Positions 42,568 through 51,788 of a stretch of 64,000 nucleotides of DNA are shown piece by piece. A model generated the notes under the pieces. That model had not been told where the DNA came from and ran no database searches. It saw only the letters and a program-made list of their open reading frames with translations. The translations under genes and the position numbers were made by a program. Numbering within the stretch: position 1 is the first letter of the stretch; the number at the start of each line of letters is the position of its first letter. The DNA is from Clostridia bacterium. Its GTDB lineage: Bacteria > Bacillota > Clostridia > JAAYHZ01. The DNA lies in NCBI GenBank assembly GCA_050950825.1, contig JBMNIH010000003.1:288001-352000 (forward strand), given 5' to 3'.

Positions 42568-44603
42568 CGCGAGTTTAACAGTTAACTAGTCCTAAAAAGA
42601 TTATGAAAACCATTGATATGACGCTGTTAGATCGCTTTTTTTATGTCAAATTATTTTCTTAATTTTGTTGACTATTGTTGTGTATTATGATATAATCAGT
42701 TAAGAATATAGATCTTTGGAGGACGGTCATGTACCTGAAAGTTACTCCGCAAAAAAACGGTCGTATAAATTTGAGTTTTGTCGAAGGTTATAGAGATCCG
42801 AAAACAAAGAAAGTAAAGCATAATGTAATCGAAAATTTAGGTTACGTTGACGAATATTTGGATCGTTTTGAAGATCCGATTGCTCACTTTAAAGAAGTAG
42901 CACGTTTACGTACTTTGGAGAAGAAAAAGCAAGAAGCCGAAGAAGATGTCTATTTAGGGTATGTAAGTACAAATGAAGTAATGGATGAGAACGAAGATGC
43001 CATGTACCATTTGGGATTTCTGCCCTTAAGCCGGATTTATCATGAACTCAAAGTGGATCAATTCTTGATTAACCGTCAGCGCAGTAAGTCTATGGACTAT
43101 TCCCTAAACGATGTCATGCAACTTTTGGTCTACACACGCATACTCGCGCCGGGATCAAAAATAGCGAGTTTTCAAGAGAAAGAAAGAATAGCAAGACCTT
43201 TCAATTGCGATTGGTATGACGTATATCGGGCATTGGATTACTTTTCCGATTTTCGAGAAGACCTTCTTCTTCATCTCCATGAGCAGGTAAGAATCCATTA
43301 CAATCGCAAGACCGACATAACTTTTTATGACGTTACCAATTACTATTTTGAGATTGACGAAGAAGACAAGTTTCGTAAGAAAGGTTATTGCAAAGATAAT
43401 ACCGGTAACCCTTTGGTACAAATGGGTTTATTGCTGGATTCGGATGCGATTCCCATTACATATCGTCTCTTCGAAGGAAATACCCATGACAGTCAAACAA
43501 TGATGCCAATTATTGAGAAGGTACGGGAAGAATACGGATTGGGAAGAATTATCGTTGTTGCGGATAAAGCGTTAAATTGCGGTGATAACGTGGCATTTTT
43601 AACGGCTGAAAAAGACGGTTTCATCTTCTCGCAAAAAATACGAGGAGCCAATAAGGAACTACAGTCTTTTGTATTTGACCCTTCGGGTTATGTGGAGAAA
43701 AAAGGAGTGGTAAAGTCGGCGGATCTGTGGGATGAAAAAACGGAAAAACGAGAACCCGTTTTCCGCTTAAAATCCAGACCGTATCCGCAGGAATTTCGGG
43801 TTACCCATGCGGACGGCAAGAAACGCCCGATTCCAATAGATGTTAAACAGATTGTATGTTACAACGAACTATATGCCGGACACCGGAAGCATAAGCGGGC
43901 CGAACTGATTGAAAAGGCCCAAAAAATCATAGCGAATCCCAAACGCTATACAAAACAAGATGCTCAAAGCGCATTGCGTTATATTAAAAATATCGAATAC
44001 GATTCCGAAACCGGCGAATGCATCAATACGAAACGTATTCCTTATTTGGATACGGAAAAAATCATGGAAGACGAAAAGTACGACGGTTATTATGTAATTA
44101 TTACAAGCGAAATCAATATGCCGGATCACGAAGTCGCCAAGAGATATCATGAGCTTTGGGAAATTGAACATAGTTTTCGAATTACCAAAAGCGATCTTGA
44201 AACCCGTCCCGTTTATGTTACATTGAAACAAAGGATAGAAGGACATTTTCTTACGTGCTTCATTGCATTGCTGATTTTAAGACTCTTGGCAAAGCGTTTG
44301 AATAAGGAGTACGCTCCCGAACAGATAATTAAGTCTTTGAGAAAATATCAGGCTTGTTTAGTTAAGGATAACGTATACCGAGTAGCTTATTATGATCCCC
44401 TTCTAAAGGATATCGGTAATGCCTTGAATCTTGTACTTAATCAACGTTTTCTAAAACCCGGAGCAATACGTCAACTTATTGCCGACACTAAAAGATAACT
44501 AAGAAAAATGTACAACAATCTTCTGAAATCAAAAGAACCTTTGTAAGCCGCATTTCTCAAGGATTACAAAGGTTTTTTATATTCCGTAACTGTTAAAGTC
44601 AAG
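42568..44603 (+). mobile_element. IS1634-family insertion sequence (intact)
   Basis: IRL CGCGAGTTTAACAGTTA vs IRR (reverse complement) CTTGACTTTAACAGTTA; flanked by the 166-bp direct repeat. Confidence 0.9.
42729..44498 (+). CDS. IS1634-family transposase
   Basis: FYDVTNYYFE, VQMGLL, VVADK, YDGYYVI, WEIEHSFRITKSDL.RPVY, IEGHFLTCFIAL. Confidence 0.93.
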   Translation: MYLKVTPQKNGRINLSFVEGYRDPKTKKVKHNVIENLGYVDEYLDRFEDPIAHFKEVARLRTLEKKKQEAEEDVYLGYVSTNEVMDENEDAMYHLGFLPLSRIYHELKVDQFLINRQRSKSMDYSLNDVMQLLVYTRILAPGSKIASFQEKERIARPFNCDWYDVYRALDYFSDFREDLLLHLHEQVRIHYNRKTDITFYDVTNYYFEIDEEDKFRKKGYCKDNTGNPLVQMGLLLDSDAIPITYRLFEGNTHDSQTMMPIIEKVREEYGLGRIIVVADKALNCGDNVAFLTAEKDGFIFSQKIRGANKELQSFVFDPSGYVEKKGVVKSADLWDEKTEKREPVFRLKSRPYPQEFRVTHADGKKRPIPIDVKQIVCYNELYAGHRKHKRAELIEKAQKIIANPKRYTKQDAQSALRYIKNIEYDSETGECINTKRIPYLDTEKIMEDEKYDGYYVIITSEINMPDHEVAKRYHELWEIEHSFRITKSDLETRPVYVTLKQRIEGHFLTCFIALLILRLLAKRLNKEYAPEQIIKSLRKYQACLVKDNVYRVAYYDPLLKDIGNALNLVLNQRFLKPGAIRQLIADTKR

Positions 44604-44769
44604 ATTAATGTCCAGATTATGAGAATACAATTTAACGATTTAACGTAAATAATAAAAGAAAATTAAAGAAATAGACATATCCCCTCGATATTGACAATAT
44701 TTATCATGTATATTTCCATGTTTTATAGCATGATCTTGCTATTTTATATCTTATATACTTTATCCCTTT
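44604..44769. repeat. 166-bp direct repeat, right copy (overlaps the 73-bp left repeat 44703-44775 of the next IS)
   Basis: Direct sequence match to 42402-42567. Confidence 0.9.
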
Positions 44770-44775
44770 TATTGC

Positions 44776-46680
44776 CGGGTTTTCGACAGTTAATAGCTAT
44801 ACAAAAAACGTAGCTAGAGTAGGAACGCATTCGGAACTCTTGAAGATTACAGACGATCCTTTGGGCTATGCAAAAGAGCTGGCAAAAAAATATACCGAGG
44901 ATCAAGAAAAGGGCAATGTCACTATGGAGGTGGTTATTGACTTTAATGAGAAAGTAAAAGAAAGTGACGCCATTGTATCTTCAAGTAATCAAGTGAACAT
45001 CGGGTACTTTTTCCTACAGAAAATTTACCATGATCTAAAAATCGGAGACTTTTTTAAGAAAGTCACTTCCGACTCGAAGATAACGTTTGATCCGAATAAG
45101 GTTAACCGTTTTTTGACCTATGCAAGAATTCTCGAACCGGATTCAAAACTCGGTACGTATGACCATCTCCACATGTACTATGAAAAACCGACTTTTGAAT
45201 ATGTGCATATACTTCGCACCATGGATATTCTCGCGAAGAATTATGACGAATATATATGTCACTTATTCAAACACAGCAATACGGTAGTGCCTCGTGACAC
45301 AACCGTATGTTACTTCGATTGTACAAATTACTACTTCGAAACGGAATGTGAGGACGAAGACTACGTTGACGAAGTGACCGGCGAGATTCTCAAAGGTTTG
45401 AGAAAATACGGCCCTTCAAAAGACTATAAACCGAATCCTCTTGTGGAAATGGGACTGTTTATGGATGCCCGAGGTATTACGATTTCCATGTGCATCAACT
45501 CCGGTTCGGACAATGAGCAAATTTGTGCTCTTCCTCTTGAAAAGAAGTTAATTCAAATGTTGGAAGGCAAAAAATTCATTTATTGTGCCGACGCCGGTTT
45601 GGGTTCGCTGAACATTCGGAAATTTAATTCCATGGGAGACAGAGCATTCATAGTGACTCAGTCCATAAAAAAGCTGTCGAATACGCTCAAAGAAGCCGTT
45701 TTTAACGATTACGATTACCGACTGTTATCAAACGGCAAGCCGATCTCGATTGAGCACATGAAATCTTTCGATAAACACGACAAAAAAATCCGGATCTATA
45801 CCTCGACAAAGCGTATAAGGTTGTGGAAGCCGATAAGGCGGGAGAACTCGGATTATACGATGAAAAAACATTGAAAAACGGCAAGACGAAAAAAGCCAAA
45901 TCCAAAGTTGCCTTAAAGCAAAAACTTATCATAACTTTTTCGAGAAGAATAATGGAATATCAAAGACATATAAGAAACAAACAAATCGGTCGGGCGAAAA
46001 AGATTATTGAAAGCGGCGATCCCGAGAGTATCAAAAAAGGGCCGAACGATGTCACTCGCTTTATCAAGAGAACATCGAAATCCATATCCGGAGAAAAAGC
46101 GACTGACTTTTACTGTATAGATCAAGAATTGATTGAGGAAGAAGAAAAATATGACGGTTATTATGCCGTGACCACTAATCCGGATGATGACGTGAAATCG
46201 ATTCTTGAAATCAACCACAAGAGACACAAAATTGAAGACTGTTTCAGGGTCATGAAAACAAACTTTTCATCTCGTCCGGTTTTTCATCATAACAGGGAAA
46301 GTATAATCGCTCACTTTATGATATGCTATACCGCCCTCCTCATTTATCGACTGATGGAGGCAAAACTCGATGATTACGGTACCCACTTCACTACGGATGA
46401 CATCATTGAAACGCTGAAGAACATAGCGGTAGTAAATGAGAGAGACTTGTATTACAGTTCCATCTACAATGGATCAAAAATACTAACGGCACTAAATGCC
46501 GTATTTGGTCTTGAATTGGACAGAAAATACTATCTAACTAAAGAACTAAATAAAAAGATAAGAAAAATTTCAACCGAGTAACTACATACAACATTTTTAT
46601 AACGATTAAAAAAGAGGCTGAAACCTGCATAATACAAAGGGTTCAAGCCTCTTTAGTTATTCGTAACTGTCGAAAATCGG
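44776..46680 (+). mobile_element. IS1634-family insertion sequence (degenerate)
   Basis: IRL CGGGTTTTCGACAGTTA vs IRR (reverse complement) CCGATTTTCGACAGTTA; flanked by 44703-44775 and 46681-46752 (one indel). Confidence 0.88.
44798..46581 (+). pseudogene. IS1634 transposase pseudogene (5' deletion plus frameshift)
   Basis: Coding-like frame (TKNVARVGTHSELLKITDDP) begins ~20 nt after IRL with no RBS or ATG. Split at the A7 run 45782-45788; one more A would join the frames (HDKKNPDLYLDKAYKVVEADK). Confidence 0.8.
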
Positions 46681-46752
46681 ATCATGTATATTTCCATGTT
46701 TTAAGCATGATCTTGCTATTTTATATCTTATATACTTTATCCCTTTTATTGC
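46681..46752. repeat. 72-bp direct repeat (target duplication), right copy
   Basis: Matches 44703-44775 except TTTTATAGC vs TTTTAAGC. Confidence 0.88.
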
Positions 46753-46865
46753 CAATTTTCGATCGAAAGCCGAAGAAAGAAGTATGGAAAACGATGCGAA
46801 GAATATTTCATTTCCATTCCGCAATCCCTATTCCGGTATTTTTTATTTCCCGCTTCTTGATCGTA

Positions 46866-47924
46866 TTAAGGTAAATTACAGCATACAGCCTTGCAAATCG
46901 AAATCTCCCGTTTATATATCTGCCTGCACAGCTCCGGCAGACCGGTCAAATCTGTTTTATGCGTAATCAAGTCTTCACATTGAAAGATACCCTTGTCCAG
47001 CATATCCATGGTATACTGCCACTCATTAACGGGATTGTTGCTGTAATTGGAGTTCCAAACCCCTCTAAACTCCAGCTCTTTACGCAGTATATTGCTATGG
47101 CTTTTTAGCGATAGTACCGTATCTTTGTGCGGATTGCCCAGCATAACTACGGTTCCGTTAGGTTTGATGCAATCAATGGCCAGGTTCAGGGCAGCCCCCG
47201 TTCCCGTACCTTCTATAACAACATCCGCCAATCTTCCGCGGTTATGATGTTTCACCAATGACACCGCATCTTCGGTTAATACGTTGTATGTTAACGCAAG
47301 TCCCCGCGACTGAGAAAACTTTACTTTTTCGTCCAACACATCGAATAATATGACCTTGAAGGCACCAAATATTTCACACCATCTTGCAGCCATAATACCG
47401 ATGGGGCCGGCACCGAATATTACAACGACACTTCCGCCGGTGACTCGTCCTTTTCGTACCGCATGTTGCGCTACGGTTGCAGGCTCTACCATGGACATCG
47501 CTCCAAACGATGTTCGGGGATTTGACGAAGGAACCAGATGCCATTTTGAAGGAATGACGCAGTATTCTGCGAAACCGCCGTCACGTCTGGAACCCAGATA
47601 ATCATAATTATAACATTTGGCATAATCTCCGGACTCGCATGAATCGCATGTTCCGCAAGGGATAAGAGGAAAAACCGCCGCTTTGGTACCGATTAAGGAG
47701 CTGTCCGCTTTATCTCCTACCGCGACAATCTCGCCGGCAAACTCATGCCCCAAAGTCAAAGGATACTTTTGGTTGCTAGTCCCCAGTTCATATATACGCG
47801 GAATATCGGAGCCGCAAATTCCGCATGCGCCTACCTTCATCAATAACTGTTCGCCCTGAATCTTAGGGATATCCAAGGTATCCGTTCTGAAATCTCCTAT
47901 TTTGTGCATTCTTGCTGCTTTCAT
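46866..47924 (-). CDS. Zn-dependent polyol(-phosphate) dehydrogenase (galactitol-1-P dehydrogenase-like)
   Basis: CGICGSD, LGHEF, C..C..C structural Zn site, GAGPIG. Confidence 0.85.
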   Translation of the reverse strand: MKAARMHKIGDFRTDTLDIPKIQGEQLLMKVGACGICGSDIPRIYELGTSNQKYPLTLGHEFAGEIVAVGDKADSSLIGTKAAVFPLIPCGTCDSCESGDYAKCYNYDYLGSRRDGGFAEYCVIPSKWHLVPSSNPRTSFGAMSMVEPATVAQHAVRKGRVTGGSVVVIFGAGPIGIMAARWCEIFGAFKVILFDVLDEKVKFSQSRGLALTYNVLTEDAVSLVKHHNRGRLADVVIEGTGTGAALNLAIDCIKPNGTVVMLGNPHKDTVLSLKSHSNILRKELEFRGVWNSNYSNNPVNEWQYTMDMLDKGIFQCEDLITHKTDLTGLPELCRQIYKREISICKAVCCNLP

Positions 47925-47992
47925 CTTTTATCCCTTTACTAAACATAGCTTCTTATTTTTAAGAAAGAAGCATTTATTATTTTGCCATAGGT

Positions 47993-48673
47993 TTAAATCT
48001 TATACTCGTGAGAAATGCATTTACGCATTTCCATGGCCGCATTGTAAATGGTCATGTTTTTCATAAACAATCCGGAGGAGCCCACTACAAAAATATCGGC
48101 ACCGGCATCTCTCATATGCCGCGAGTTTTCAAAGCTGACGTTTCCGTCAACCTGTATTTTTATATTAGGATATCCATGATCCAGAAGAAACCACTTTGTT
48201 TTCGCGATTTTATTCAAGCTGTACGGAATCATTTTTTGACCGGCAAAGCCCGGATTAACCGTCATAATCAGTATGAAATCCACATCATCCAAAATTTCCG
48301 TTATGGAAGTGACCGGAGTTGCCGGATTTATTGCCACACCCGGACACGCACCCATTTTTCTGATTCTTTCTAGCAAACGTTGCAGATGATACGTGGTTTC
48401 ATAATGTACGGAAACCAGATCTCCCTGTTGAATATTAAAAAAATTCATCTTGTCTTCCGGACGTTCAACCATTAGATGGATATCAAAGGGTATGTCGGTT
48501 TGTTCCCTGATTTGGTCCATAACACAGGGCCCTAAGGTATAATTTGGCACAAACTGTCCATCCATAATATCAAAATGTAAATACTCAATTTCTGCAGCTT
48601 GCAGTTCTTTTAAATTATTCTGCAAGTCAAGAAAGTTTGCGCACATCATTGATGCAGATAATTCTCCTGCCAT
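47993..48673 (-). CDS. Ribulose-phosphate 3-epimerase family protein (Rpe/AlsE)
   Basis: SASMMC, HFDIMDGQFVPN, DIHLM, MTVNPGFAGQ, VDG. Confidence 0.9.
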   Translation of the reverse strand: MAGELSASMMCANFLDLQNNLKELQAAEIEYLHFDIMDGQFVPNYTLGPCVMDQIREQTDIPFDIHLMVERPEDKMNFFNIQQGDLVSVHYETTYHLQRLLERIRKMGACPGVAINPATPVTSITEILDDVDFILIMTVNPGFAGQKMIPYSLNKIAKTKWFLLDHGYPNIKIQVDGNVSFENSRHMRDAGADIFVVGSSGLFMKNMTIYNAAMEMRKCISHEYKI

Positions 48674-48730
48674 GATATTGCTCTCCTTTTTCAAACGTTA
48701 TTTAAGATATATTTCGAAATTCTTATTTTC

Positions 48731-50416
48731 TTAGTCAAAATGCGGTTCTTTATTCATTTTTTGCAGTAAATGCATTACATTATTTCCACCCTTGCCGAAA
48801 TAATCATGCAGTTTTTCGTATTCTTTAAAACAGGAATCATAAATCTCCCGTTTATTCGAATCCGGTTCGTAATACTTATTACTTAAATGTGACATATGCG
48901 ATACGGCATCTTCAAGGCAGTCATAGCCGCCATTTTCCTTCCCTGCCGCCAGTGCTCCCATGATTGCCGAGCCCAATGCAACGGTCTGGGTGGATTCGGC
49001 AATCCGGATTCGTATTCCCAGAATATCTGCAAAAATTTGCATAATGGTAGGGCTCTTTCTTGCAAGTCCTCCGCACGCGTATATTTCATTTATCGTCATG
49101 CCGGCATCGGTAATGGCTTTTACAATCATTTTCAAACCGTAGGCAGTGGACTCAATCAAGGCTCTGTATATATGCTCGGTGGTCGTTGACAATGTTATCC
49201 CTACAATTAACCCTGACAGGTCGGTATTCTGAAGTATGCATCTATTTCCGTTCAGCCAATCCAATGCCAACAAGCCCGATTTTCCCGGAGGTATTTTTTC
49301 CACCTTCCCATTCATGACATCAAATATCGATATGCCCTTTTCTTCCGCTTCAATATAATATTTGTATGGAACCAAGTTGTTCATGAACCATTCAAAAATA
49401 TCGCCAACGGCCGACTGTCCGAAAATATGACCGTAATATCCCGGCACAAAGATGTCCTTGGCCATGCCTATTGCACCCGGAACCATAATTTCCTCTTTAC
49501 TGAGCAGCATAAACACACCGGATGTGCCGATGACCAAAAGGGCGGTACCCTCCTGCAGGACTCCAAGGGCCGGAAATGCAACCGGACTGTCGGAGTTACC
49601 CATGCAAACAGCAGTGCCTGCACGCAATTTGGTTTTTGCAGCCATTTCTTCCGTAAGGCCGCCTGCTCTTGTAAAGAAAGATTGGACATGCGTTCCCAGC
49701 TTGTCTTCAACTATTTTTTCCAGTCTTGCGTCGATTGCTTTAAAAAATTCTCCCGAAGGGAAACCTCTGACAGGGTCCCATTGAGCATGCAGACATGCGA
49801 CCGTGCTATTGCGTACTTCTTTTCCCGTCAGAAGATAAACAAGCCAGTCCGAAAGCTCCGTGAACCTGTACGTCGCATCGTAGATCATAGGGGCTTCTTC
49901 CAATATCTCCATTGCCTTGGGATACAGCCATTCCGCCGAAACCTTGCCGCCGCAATGCCGTAAAAATTTCTGCCCCGTTTCTTCCGCAATCCTGTTTAAG
50001 GTGTCCGCCTGCTTTTGTGCACCATGGTGCTTCCACAGCTTAGGCCAGCTATGAGGATTATTTTTAAATTCATCGTGCATGCAAAGAGGCATATAGTTTT
50101 TATCGACAGGTATGATGGTGGAAGCCGTAGAATCCACGCCGATACCTATAATCCGGTCCGGATCCACGTTGCTCTTCTGCAGTATGTCCCGCAGCAAGCT
50201 CTCAAGGGCTTCCATATAGTCTTTTGGATTCTGTAGCGCATAGCCTGCAGGCAGCTTTATTTTTGTATCCGGCAGCATGTCATCTATGACCGCGTCCTGA
50301 TAACCCACAATGGAAACGGCAACTTCATCGCCGGTGTCTACGTCGACCAATACGGCGCGAGCCGAAAGGGTACCAAAATCCATGCCGATTGAATATCTTT
50401 TATCCATAAAATTCAT
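48731..50416 (-). CDS. araB: Ribulokinase (FGGY family)
   Basis: GMDFGTLSARA, KLWKHHGAQ, GQSAVGDIF, ALDWLNGNR, LHDYFG. Confidence 0.85.
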   Translation of the reverse strand: MNFMDKRYSIGMDFGTLSARAVLVDVDTGDEVAVSIVGYQDAVIDDMLPDTKIKLPAGYALQNPKDYMEALESLLRDILQKSNVDPDRIIGIGVDSTASTIIPVDKNYMPLCMHDEFKNNPHSWPKLWKHHGAQKQADTLNRIAEETGQKFLRHCGGKVSAEWLYPKAMEILEEAPMIYDATYRFTELSDWLVYLLTGKEVRNSTVACLHAQWDPVRGFPSGEFFKAIDARLEKIVEDKLGTHVQSFFTRAGGLTEEMAAKTKLRAGTAVCMGNSDSPVAFPALGVLQEGTALLVIGTSGVFMLLSKEEIMVPGAIGMAKDIFVPGYYGHIFGQSAVGDIFEWFMNNLVPYKYYIEAEEKGISIFDVMNGKVEKIPPGKSGLLALDWLNGNRCILQNTDLSGLIVGITLSTTTEHIYRALIESTAYGLKMIVKAITDAGMTINEIYACGGLARKSPTIMQIFADILGIRIRIAESTQTVALGSAIMGALAAGKENGGYDCLEDAVSHMSHLSNKYYEPDSNKREIYDSCFKEYEKLHDYFGKGGNNVMHLLQKMNKEPHFD

Positions 50417-50690
50417 AAACCTTTTTCTTTAATGTTCATTAAGCAATTCTCCCTAAATTAGGGTGCTTTATGATAATAAAAATAAACTTTTAATACATTC
50501 GTTGTATCAAAATCAAAACCATTATACATTTGAAATTTTACAATCGTCAATGCTGTGAATTATTTCTCACATTTGTGAATAGTGATAAGGAAAGAATTCC
50601 AAGACATATTAAGCTCATCGAAATTGACAGCTTGATTTTCTTAACATATTATAGATATAACTTATAAAAAAGCGTAAGGGATTTTTTAAT

Positions 50691-51632
50691 ATGAACGAAA
50701 ACGAGGAACGCCGTCAGCTTTTGATCGATGTTGCACGTATGTATTATTTCGAAAATATGTCTCAGCAGCAAATAGCTGACATACTGCACATGTCACGGTC
50801 CAATGTTTCGCTGCTGTTAAGGAGCTGTTTGGAAAACTCGATTATCGAAATCAAAATTAATGATACGGTCTCCAGAGCACATGACTTGGCGGCTCTTATC
50901 AAGCAAAAATTCTCTTTAAAAACCGTATTGATTGCACAATCCTTTAAGAATCCCGAACGATGTCTGGAAAGCGTGTGCCGGCTTGCAGCGCATTATCTTA
51001 AGTCAATATTGTCTAACGGAATGCTATTAGGATATACAAATGACATTGTGGCATACCATATTGCAGACAAATTGTCTTTTTTGGATTATGTGAAGATCAA
51101 TACGATTCAGATGATGGGGGGATTAAGTAATATAATCAAGGATATCGATGGACAAGCACTGGCGCAGATCTTTTCAAAAAAGCTTAACGGTACCTCCTAC
51201 GTTCTGCAAGCGCCTTTAAAGGTAAAATCAAGTACGTTAAAGGAGTTGCTGATGGCCGAACCCGTTATTCAAAGTACCTTTGAAATGTATTCGAAGATTG
51301 ATGTCGCAATCATGCAAATCACCAAACCAAACCTTTTACCGCATATTCAACAATCGGATGAAATTTGCAGTAAAGCGGAGCTGCTGCAGTTATCCGAGCT
51401 TGGCGCCGTTTGTCATTTTTGCGGCAGATATCTGGACAAAAACGGATCCTCCTGCAATGCCGGAATAAACGAGCGGATTATGGCGATTGATCCGGAAACA
51501 ATAAAGAGCATTCCCACCGTTATAGGTGTTTCTGCCAATATTAGCAATACCCAAGCGGTATTGAGCTGTGTGAAGGGCGGATATATCAACAGTCTGATCA
51601 TTGACGAGGCGATGGCAAGGAGCTTATTGTAA
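50691..51632 (+). CDS. SorC/DeoR-family sugar-binding transcriptional regulator
   Basis: VARMYYFENMSQQQIA..SRSNVS HTH plus sugar-binding domain; divergent from the kinase operon. Confidence 0.9.
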   Translation: MNENEERRQLLIDVARMYYFENMSQQQIADILHMSRSNVSLLLRSCLENSIIEIKINDTVSRAHDLAALIKQKFSLKTVLIAQSFKNPERCLESVCRLAAHYLKSILSNGMLLGYTNDIVAYHIADKLSFLDYVKINTIQMMGGLSNIIKDIDGQALAQIFSKKLNGTSYVLQAPLKVKSSTLKELLMAEPVIQSTFEMYSKIDVAIMQITKPNLLPHIQQSDEICSKAELLQLSELGAVCHFCGRYLDKNGSSCNAGINERIMAIDPETIKSIPTVIGVSANISNTQAVLSCVKGGYINSLIIDEAMARSLL

Positions 51633-51722
51633 GGGATCATATCCGGCCCCTACGGCTTCCCGACATTTCTTTAGATTGCATAAGATTCATAGGTTTCATA
51701 TCAAAAAAACTTCGATCACGAA

Positions 51723-51758
51723 CAAAGGGACCGCTTGGATACAAGCAGTCCCTTTATT
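51723..51758. terminator. Bidirectional terminator
   Basis: AAAGGGACCGCTTG-GATA-CAAGCAGTCCCTTT. Confidence 0.65.
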
Positions 51759-51788
51759 TCGTATGATTTTCTTAATCCGTTTTTAAAA

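Noticed and set aside
45782-45788. Programmed frameshift in the second IS1634 transposase
   Set aside because: IS1634 transposases are normally single ORFs and this copy also lacks its 5' end, so a homopolymer deletion or sequencing error is more parsimonious.
50554-50571. CRP or Rex binding site
   Set aside because: TGTGA-N8-TCACA spacing fits neither the CRP (N6) nor the Rex consensus; kept only as a possible local operator.
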